Shown here: in pieces, positions 25,493 through 33,896 of the stretch
Layout of the letters: every line of letters begins with the position of its first letter
Numbering within the stretch: the stretch's first letter is position 1
From: Cystobasidiomycetes sp. EMM_F5
Lineage: Eukaryota
Direction: 5' to 3'
Length of the DNA stretch: 33,896 nt
Assembly (NCBI GenBank): GCA_051047955.1
Contig: JBPGPT010000064.1
Coordinates: forward strand, 1-33,896
The notes under the pieces: model-generated
The model's input: only the letters and a program-made list of their open reading frames with translations
Databases searched by the model: none
Told to the model about the DNA's origin: nothing
Made by a program: the position numbers and the translations under genes

Positions 25493-26418
25493 TGCAGATT
25501 GCTAATGTGATCGGTCAGTCTCTTGGGAAGTCTCAGGATGCGGAAAGCTTCAGTCATTTCGCAAGTCACATTTTTGTGGGCTATAGGCTACACGATGCGG
25601 GCTGTAATAGTAGTTGCGCTGCAGAATGAACTTTTGCAGCGATGGCAGCAACGTATTTCAGCAGATCTCAGTGGTTTAGATAAGGGTCGTGTAATGCTAG
25701 GGTCCCCAAAGGCCCATGCATTTCGCGAGATGGGCCTGTTGCGTCGGTGTAGCGACCTTGAGCGGATGGACGACGGGATCGAGCTAGTTGCGGGGCTGAA
25801 ATGAGTGCTGCGCTGCCTCCTGCAAACATTGCGACGTGACGCGGGGCTCTGCGATATCATAACGACCTTGAAAGTCAGTGGTAACAGATTGAGTTTAGGG
25901 ACGGACGTGACCTACGGCGATCGCGCATTTACGACGCCTTGATATCCACGTCGAGCTGCGGTACGCCAGGCTTGAGACATATTGTGTCAAAGGTGCTTAA
26001 GATAGTCGATTGACTGTTGTTGGCAACGATGCCAAGGACCGACCTGGACGGCAAAGCCTCACCACGAAATAGGTGACCACATGGCTTGACAGCAAGATGG
26101 CGGGGCAGATGGCAAGGTATGTCATCGCCGAGAGCCGGGTGGCACCCGACACGAGTAACGGAAAAGCGAATCGACATATGCGCTTACTGCGCGCCGTGTT
26201 GAAGCCCAGAAGTAAATCCTGCTGTCATCGAGGGCTGCTTCTCAACCAACATCGTCAGTGCGTCAGCGGATTCATGGGAAATTTCATGATGGTGAAGTAT
26301 GGATCTGAAACGCCACTTGAGGCCACGCTCCACAAGGCATCATCATCTACAAACACTTTCCTCTGTATCGCCCTACATCTAAAAATCAGATTAGACGACT
26401 GTATCTCTGCTTACAAAA

Positions 26419-27986
26419 TTACAAAGACAGTTCGTCCGCCCACGGCAGCTTATGCGTGTCACCGACGGCCACGACGGTAGGTCTGCTCTTGAGCGCTGCT
26501 TTCGCTGCTTCTGTTACTTTCGAGGCGGTGACGCCATCAAGGGCGCTCATGGCCTTTTCGACGCTAAAGTCGTTGCCAGACAGGATCTTCGTCATAGAGT
26601 ATGTGTCAGCCAAGACTTGCCATTGGTGACAACGTCAGGAGTTTTGTTCATACCTGATGCGCAACCAGTTGATGAGCACTGAGACGCTGTTCCAAGACTT
26701 GTGCAGCAAGGAACTTGGCTTGCGCTACAGCTCGCTTGACCTCCTCCTCCTTTGCGCCTTTTGCGATATTCTTGAGTGCCTGGATAGACTCTGTAGCGAT
26801 ATCCTTGACCTTTTCTGTAGGAGCGTCGACAAAAATGCCAAAGAGTCCTGCATCAGAATATGCCAAGTTGAAAGCTCTCGCAGCTGGGTTGCTCGGTAGA
26901 GCACCGGCTTTTGTTGAGATTTGAGCCAGAGGAGAAGCACCAGCCGACCATTTCAAAGATGATTCACCGCCGAGCAGAGCGCGCAGTACAGCGTACTCTG
27001 GCTGAGAGGCTGATCCACCTTGGAAACCGAGCAACAGCTGACCCTGCTGGCTACCGCCGTGTACGGTATGGGGAATTCGCATGTCTCCGCCATAGTATTG
27101 CGACTTGCCATCGCTTGAAGTATCGACGGCAGCTTTACTCGCAGACGAAGCCGAGGCGGAGGAACCAGTGAAAAAGTCGTTGACGAGGCTAGTAAGGGTG
27201 GATGAGCCAATGCCAGAACCGACTACAGCGATACCAGACTCGTTCGCAAAGGCACTACGAGCATAGGCGACTGCGGACAGAAGGTCGACTGAAAGATGCG
27301 GGGTCGCAAAGAGCGAATTGCCGAGGCCTCGTCGGAAAGCGAGCTGGTGAGCGGCATCTAGTGCCAATACTTGCGGTTGCGCCTCCGCTTGTTGGTACTC
27401 CATAGCGATAGAAGGGACGACGGTTTCGTTGTACTCGTGCGCAGCAAACTTGCTCGAGGTGAGGACATCGCCTAGAATCTCTGCAAAGTACACCCTGTAA
27501 CGATGTAGGATTGCACGATCAGTCTGGACGGAACTCAAAGGATCGGCTCCACAGCACCCACTCGTCGCCGCGCATGAATTCGGCCGTAAGGTAGAGATTT
27601 TCTCTTGACAATGTTGTAGACAGGACACCTCCGAGCAGTTCGGTCTCGCGCATCAGGCGGAGAGCAGAGCGTTTATTGGTGTTCTTTTTCGACCGGGAAA
27701 AGCGGGCGGACAAGGGTCAGCTGTAGTTATTTACGATACTCGAGCACCAGCGCACCTTGAATACAAAGTTCTTGAGAACGTGGGCCAGACCTGGCTGGGA
27801 CTCGTATCTGCTGCCAGCTTTTATGGCTACGGTAATGGCAGCTGAGGGCGACATTCCTTCCGCTGCGGCTACTCTGATCCCACTGCCCGCTGACGATAGC
27901 TGAAAGTCACCACCAGCGCTGCTCGTCGTCGCATAAGACCTCGCCAGCGACGCTACACGCCGGCTGGTGGTCCGCAGGCTTGCCAT
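26419..27986 (-). CDS. QCR2: Ubiquinol-cytochrome c reductase core protein 2; exons 27986-27756, 27683-27562, 27494-26654, 26586-26419
   Basis: Mitochondrial presequence, [50 protein letters not shown], and C-terminal VGDTHKLPWADEL. Confidence 0.94.
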
Positions 27987-28525
27987 GGCTGGGGAACGGG
28001 GCTCGAGAAGTGAAGACTGGGCGCGTGTCGGGTATTCAGCGCAGCGCCTGCTGAGCTTGGCTGCCGTTTGGTTGTAATATGGCTGGCTGGCAGTGTATGG
28101 TCTGGCGCAAGATTGAAGTTCGAAAACGGCGGAGACCCTCAGAGGTCCAATCGGAGAAGTCCGTAATGGGTCGCAAGAAACAGCAACGGGTAATATTCAA
28201 CAAAACACCCCAGACACAGCGCACACTCATACTCGGATTCACACATCTACAACGAGACTGCACGCCTCGTCACACTTCTACATCGTTACATCTTGAGAAC
28301 CCCGGTGGAACCCGGGAGGGTATTAACGTTGACAATGTCCAATTCCTGATGGCATGATGCGAGAGATAGAGGTAGCCAATTGTCCATCTTTTTGTTTCTT
28401 CGTCAAATTTACTTGCTTCACACTTGTTTGTATCTGTACGCTCTGTGTGATAACGGATTGTCTGTACGGATCGTGCTTGGGGCACTTCTTGCTTATGTCG
28501 TTCGTGTATTGTGTGACAAGCGTTG

Positions 28526-31500
28526 TCAAGATACGATGCAATCTGCATCGCTCTTTCGTCTACCGCCCTTTTTTGGTATACCGCTCATAGGTCCGGATCC
28601 ATTGACGGATGCAGACCCTTTACGGTTAGGCGGGACGGCTTTATCGCTCGACGTTCCATGTACAATAGGGTAAGCTGACCCTCTTTTGGTATTCGTATTA
28701 GGAGAGGTAGGGCTCTGTACGCTCGATAGCGGTGATTGGAGAGGCCGTCCTTGACTGTCTTGGTTTACGCCGAGCGAGATCAGGCGGTTTGTTGCACGCT
28801 TGTCGCCATGCTCGGCAGCCCGCTTAAACCAAGAAATAGCTTCTTGCTCGTCTCGATGGGTTCCAACACCGACTTCGGTAAAGTAGCTATAGATGGCAAA
28901 ATCAGTCATTCTCGTAGAATAGGCTCAGGCAACATTGCTTGACTCACCCAACGGCATACTCTGCCTTTGACAGACCTTGCTCTGCCGCCTTCTTCGCCCA
29001 CAAGTACGCTTCAGTGTCCGACTGGGGCAGGACGCCAGGCGATCCGACAAGATACCAAGCTGTAAGAGCAAAGCAAGCTTCCTTGTGGTTTTGCTGGGCA
29101 GCAATGTCTGCGCAAATCAAAACGTCAGCATTGCCGATGTATTTCATGTGCTCGAGCGTACGACTCACTATAATAGTGAATACTCAATGCCGAGTCCTGG
29201 GGACATCCCATTCTGCCATACTCGTAGCATTCTCCAAGCTTGTAGGCAGAAGGAGCAAAACCCAATTCGGAAGCCCTTGCCAAAAGTTCTGCAGCATACT
29301 CGTTATCCACAAAGACGACATTGTCAATGCCCCTCTCATGCAGAAAGGCCATCTCATGGAGTGCCTGAACAGCACACGCTCGTGCTCCAGCGTTGGCTCC
29401 AGGATTGTTAGGATCATCCGTCATGAGCGAATTCTCGGCACCATCGACGCCGTTGCCCGTTCCGCTGCTCGATTCCGCCAGTTCAGCAACCCGCTTCAGC
29501 CACTTGAAGCCTTCCTTCTGGCAATCCTTGAGTCCAAGCTCGCCATTCAGTTCTGCCATGCCGAGGCGGTACATGGCTTCGGGATGAGACTGCACTGCAG
29601 CTTTGCTGTAAGGGCGCAATGTAAATCTATCAGTGGACAACTCGCAAGCTACTTTTGTTCTAATTTAGCAACCCACCGATAAAATTGCACTGCTTTTGAT
29701 GCATCTCTTCTGCAACCCCAGCCATTCTCAAAGCATTGACCGGCTCTGTAGCAGCTTGGCGCATGACCGTGTTTTGCAGCAGCGATATACAGAGGCAGAG
29801 CTTTATCGTAATCTGGCCTGCTTCCGTCCTTGCCTTGCGTTGATTGAGCGGGTGAAGCATTGAATGGACTCCCCGTAGACGAAGAGCTCTGTGTCAATGC
29901 CATTGCTGTAGATCCTGCTCCTCCGCCAACCAGCGGAGAAAAAGATCCGGGACTGATGGCAGAATTCGGGCCGTGTGCACCAGGTGCAGGAAGGAGATTC
30001 GAAGTATTCAAGGAAGGAGGAGCATTGAATATCGAATTATTGAACGATGGGACATTCGATCCGGGATATGCAGACTGAGGGGCACCACTGGGTGGATTCT
30101 CACTCGACCCGCTACTTCGTCGCGTATCTACGCCCGAAGCATAACAGTCGGCCAAAAAGAACTGGGAGGGCATGTGTCCGCGATCGGCATTACGCTTCAA
30201 TAGGGCCATCGCTTCTGAAATGAGTGCTTTACGCTCGCTTGAAAGGTTGTTTGTCGTGGTAGGCGACAGATTGCCCGCCAACGTGTTTCGATCGCCTTCT
30301 TTCGGATACGCACTCTGAGGACTTGCATCCTTGGCATTTGAGCCTAGTAGTACAGAAGGTAAAGAGGAAGCAAGAGCAGCGACTGAAGAACCTCGCTTCT
30401 TTACACGCTGGGCGACACTGGGTTGCGAGCTAGCTGCTGAAGGCGTAGCGAGCGTCAGTTGCGGCAGTGACGGTGCATCAGCCGACGATCCAGAGCTTCG
30501 TGAAGCAGTCGAGAAGGATGGATCAGGTGAAGGTGTGCCCGAATGATCATTAAGACTACTAAGCAGATTTTCATCCGAATAGTCATTCGCAACGGGTGAG
30601 GAATGGTAAGAGGAACGCTGTTGAGCGTCTGTCGATCCCAATTCTCTGGCGATACCCAGCATAAACGCCGCAAATTCGTACGTCACTTCGGGATCATTCG
30701 TCTTTTTCACGTTCGCGCGGTACAGTTCCAGCGTTTTCGTGTGCGATAAAAGAGACGCCCGGTCTCCCGGCCTGAGATGTGCTTGTGATAACGTCGGAAT
30801 ATTTGGCACAGATGGCAGATTGTCGCCTGATGAAGTTGGACCGAGTTGGGGGGAAGAATTTTGCATACTGAAACCATAGATGCTGCCTGGATTACTGCGG
30901 GTCGTCCAGCTCGATACGCGTCTCCGATGCTGTTGCTGCTGTTGAGCTGTCGAAGACGTGCTGTCCGTTTGTGCGTGTCCCCTATTTTGAGGTTGGACAC
31001 TTCCACTTCCACTTGAGGTGCCTTGCCCAGTCATGGCTTCAGAAGCGGCTCCGTTGGCAGAACCATGACTGAACACATCACTGCGACGTCCGACGTTGCT
31101 TGTACTGCTATTATTGGCTGGCGAATATCGGCCACCGCGTAGAGCGGAGTTATAAGCGTAATCGATGCCAGCAGGCGACACTGAAGGAGCGCGAGAAGTA
31201 GCGGCGGAATGGTAGGTCGACGTCGATGGGTTTGCACTATGTGATGCGACGTGTTCTTGTGATGAGGAAGGGGTTGCGCCATTGTCTAGTCCATAAAAAG
31301 AAGACCTCGACTGTTGATGGAACCGATGATCTGGCACTGGTCCTCCTGCAGACGAAGGATGGGGCGGACTTGTAGTATACGACGCCGTCATACTTGCGTT
31401 GCTTCCCTGCGATACGTGATGCACTATCCTCGGGGACGCAGAACGAGTAGCAGACTTGAGTACTGGGGTAGGTAGAGTTGACGATGAGGGTGCTCCAGCT

Positions 31501-32156
31501 GTGGCAAATTGGTGTTGGGATGCGTTGACCTGCCGCGGTGAACGGCCTAGCCTGCCTAGCGGACCCTGGTACAGAGAATCGGACGACAGCTGCTCGTCTC
31601 CACCAAAGAAGGAGTCTGGTCGTTGTGGTATATTATTCGCGGGCACGTTTCTGCTCTGGGTGTCCAATTTGCCCAGCGAGGGTTTTGGACTGCCTGGGGT
31701 GGACGATACCGCTGGCAGGGCAGGGAGAGGATGTTGGTGCGACACTTGCTGCCTGTACGACCTGCTAGGTTGCGCAGTATCGCCGTCTGCAGTCGCATTC
31801 GAGCCCGTACTTTCTGTCGGCGCGTGCGAAATGGTACGCGCAGCCGTTGCGGTTGTTCCCGACGGGACAGACTGCGACTGCCCTGCCATTGTAGACGAGC
31901 CGGGAGGAATGCTGTAATTGGATGTTGTCGGGCCACTCCCATTCCTGCTCTGCTGAGACCCAAAGAAGCTGTTTGGTCTGCCCGGCTGCTGGGACGACAT
32001 CGCCGTACTCGCATCGCCAGCCTTGCCTGTCCCCAGACTACTCGACAAGGCCATTGCCCCTCTAGCTGCTCCAGTGATTATACTGCTGCTCGCTGCTGGA
32101 GGCTGTGGTTGCTGGGTCATTGTCGTCGACGTCGATGCAGAACTTGAGGGTGGCAT
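28526..32156 (-). CDS. Sel1-repeat protein, chitin synthase regulator (Chs4/Skt5-like); exons approx. 32156-29677, 29605-29169, 29107-28948, 28886-28526
   Basis: LELYRANVKKTND; Sel1 repeats (AAKHGHAPSCYRAGQCFENGWG, APSAYKLGECYEYG, KAEYAVGYFTEVGVG); C-terminal CaaX CIVS. The start is uncertain (first in-frame ATG used). Confidence 0.87.
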
Positions 32157-32932
32157 CACTTTTGCGACGGGAAAGTTGGCTGGCTGCGAGTGACGAGGCA
32201 GCACTACAGCCAGTCAGGGAGCGTAGCAGCGTATCGTATCGAATGGGCTGTATTAATGCCCGCTGATTGCCGGCACCTCTGACCTTTTAGACCGCTCAAA
32301 CGCTGGTGCTCGTAAAAGTGGCGCACCTCGAGCAGTTGCGTTTGTAATTGACGTCGGAGTTGGACTTGTGCTGCGTGTCCAGGGTAGAATTACTGAGATT
32401 ACTGTGTTAAATTGGCCGTATTCTGATTGTCCTGTAATACAATTTGTTGTGATGTTGTGCTTGAATGGAATGGAATGTCGACCGGCGTTACGGCATTCAG
32501 GCCTGTTGATGGTGAATGGATGGCTGGCTGAGCTGTGAGTGATTGCTGAGATTACAATTATGTATCGCCGTTGTGATTCTTGCTCTTGCTTGTGCTCGCC
32601 CAATCCGGTATTAGTCTTGTCGTTCTTTCTTGGCTCTCTCAATCCAGCTTGTACTCAACAACTCCCACTGCCTCACTATATCCACCCTGTATAATCCTCC
32701 AATATCTCCAATATCGTTACCTCAATATCAACCTCACCGTCGATACTGCTGCCCGTCTTGCCTTGCAAACTTGCTCTCAAGCTGTCGAGCTGTCAGGGCA
32801 GCTGCAAGGGCAGAGTGCTGTGCCTGAATGGGTGATCGAGATATTTGACGCGTCAAGGAGGAGACGAAAAGAAGAGTACTGCATTGCAAGACTGGCCTTT
32901 GTTCCACAACGTGAAGGTTAAATAGCCTAATC

Positions 32933-33896
32933 CTACCGTCTGCGTCTCCTGATTTCCCTGATATGCGTTGTGTAGGTGCAGTCAGGATAGTCTACATCGT
33001 ACCGAGAAGAAGTGTGAACGCGGCGGTGCTGGCGTCTGTCAAGACCATCGCTTTCACGACGACCACCTGCATTCCTCCTCCTCTCCTGCCCATTACCGTA
33101 GAAGCCATCTCCAACACCTCGGCTCCTAGTAGTGCTCGTAGTCGCTCTGGCTCTCTCACCGCGGCCCGACCGGTCTCGTCTCCCACGGTGTCCATCGTCC
33201 ACCACTCCAGGAGGAAATGGAGAGCTGTCGTCCAGTATTCGTTCACGAGTAGCAGCAGCGTCAGTAGAGTAATAGACTGGGTGTGTGGTGGCGCGTAAGC
33301 GGGATCGCAAGCGACGGCTGTATTCAGCTAGATCAGTAGAAGACGAGCCCGACGATGAAGGTTGTGCACATCCAAATGTAGGCAGGCACGTCATGCCGCT
33401 GAAGCGATTCTGCAACCGTCTCAAAGTCCCGTTTCGTGTAGGCGCAAGACCACTCGATGATGAAGAAGCATAGATGTCACGAAATCGATCAGGTAAAGGC
33501 CAGCACCGTCTCCCACCGTCCAATAAACTATTGAAAATCCCGCTGAGGAATGGTCGCACAGTCTGCGTCCGTGGAGCAGCTCTCGTCACTCTCATGCCAT
33601 TCCGTGGCCCATTCCATGTGGTATTGGATGGCACACTACCAAATATCGTCGAATCGTTCTCAGTCGAATCTTCACTCGCACCTGGTGGAAACAGGTCTGC
33701 ATAGTCGGGATCCATGCTTCTGATCTGGTTGTAGGCATAGCGCCGTGCTCTGCGTCTGGCAGTAGGGCTCGTCTGACGCGCAGTGTTGTTTCTTGAAGTC
33801 ACGGGAAGGCGAGCAGGACGAGAATTTGGAGTAGCGCTGGAGCTGGAGCTGGAGCTGGAGCTGGAGCTGGAGCTGGAGCTGGAGCTGGAGCTGGAG
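32933..33896 (-). CDS. 3' part of a hypothetical Arg/Ser-rich protein that continues beyond the window
   Basis: The frame of the 289-aa ORF stays open to the window edge, through a poly-Ser-encoding repeat. No domain recognised. Confidence 0.5.
   Translation of the reverse strand, partial: SSSSSSSSSSSSSSSSSSSSATPNSRPARLPVTSRNNTARQTSPTARRRARRYAYNQIRSMDPDYADLFPPGASEDSTENDSTIFGSVPSNTTWNGPRNGMRVTRAAPRTQTVRPFLSGIFNSLLDGGRRCWPLPDRFRDIYASSSSSGLAPTRNGTLRRLQNRFSGMTCLPTFGCAQPSSSGSSSTDLAEYSRRLRSRLRATTHPVYYSTDAAATRERILDDSSPFPPGVVDDGHRGRRDRSGRGERARATTSTTRSRGVGDGFYGNGQERRRNAGGRRESDGLDRRQHRRVHTSSRYDVDYPDCTYTTHIREIRRRRR
33836..33896. repeat. (GCTGGA)n hexanucleotide microsatellite, at least 10 copies, truncated by the window end
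   Basis: Perfect tandem repeat read directly from the sequence. Confidence 0.97.

Noticed and set aside
25500..26410. Possible small gene between the F-box-like gene and QCR2
   Set aside because: One intron-like signal on the minus strand (CTGAC...CAAG near 25867) but no convincing spliced product; RNA-seq would be needed.
28939..29682. 247-aa antisense ORF and similar shadow ORFs (e.g. 22075..22674, 31623..32147)
   Set aside because: They are opposite-strand or off-frame shadows of well-supported genes.
32204..32642. Upstream coding exon for the Sel1 protein
   Set aside because: An acceptor exists at 32204, but the only phase-compatible nearby donor I found has no ATG before an upstream stop; more likely a 5' UTR intron.

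Overview
Gene-dense, intron-rich eukaryotic DNA, most likely from a basidiomycete fungus (inference from short introns, mostly about 47-90 nt, with GTGAGT/GTAAGC/GTATGT-type donors, CTRAC branch sites and YAG or AAG acceptors). Manual splicing gives about 17 protein genes: two tandem DUF202 membrane proteins, a single-pass LEA_2-like protein, an AlaX tRNA-editing enzyme, GPI12/PIG-L, ETF-beta, KRR1, Rictor/AVO3, RPL17, a small 4-exon membrane protein not recoverable from the ORF track, NOT2, SFM1, an F-box-like protein, QCR2, a Sel1-repeat CHS4/SKT5-like protein, and two partial hypothetical genes at the window edges. The standout is a tRNA-Pro(AGG) gene at 5581-5720 with two kinds of intron: a normal 14-nt tRNA intron at 37/38, and a 54-nt insert at position 21/22 with all the signals of this genome's spliceosomal introns (GTGAGT...GCTGAC...AAG). 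Removing both rebuilds a 72-nt tRNA-Pro cloverleaf. Exon boundaries were deduced by eye and family calls come from recognised motifs, not database searches.
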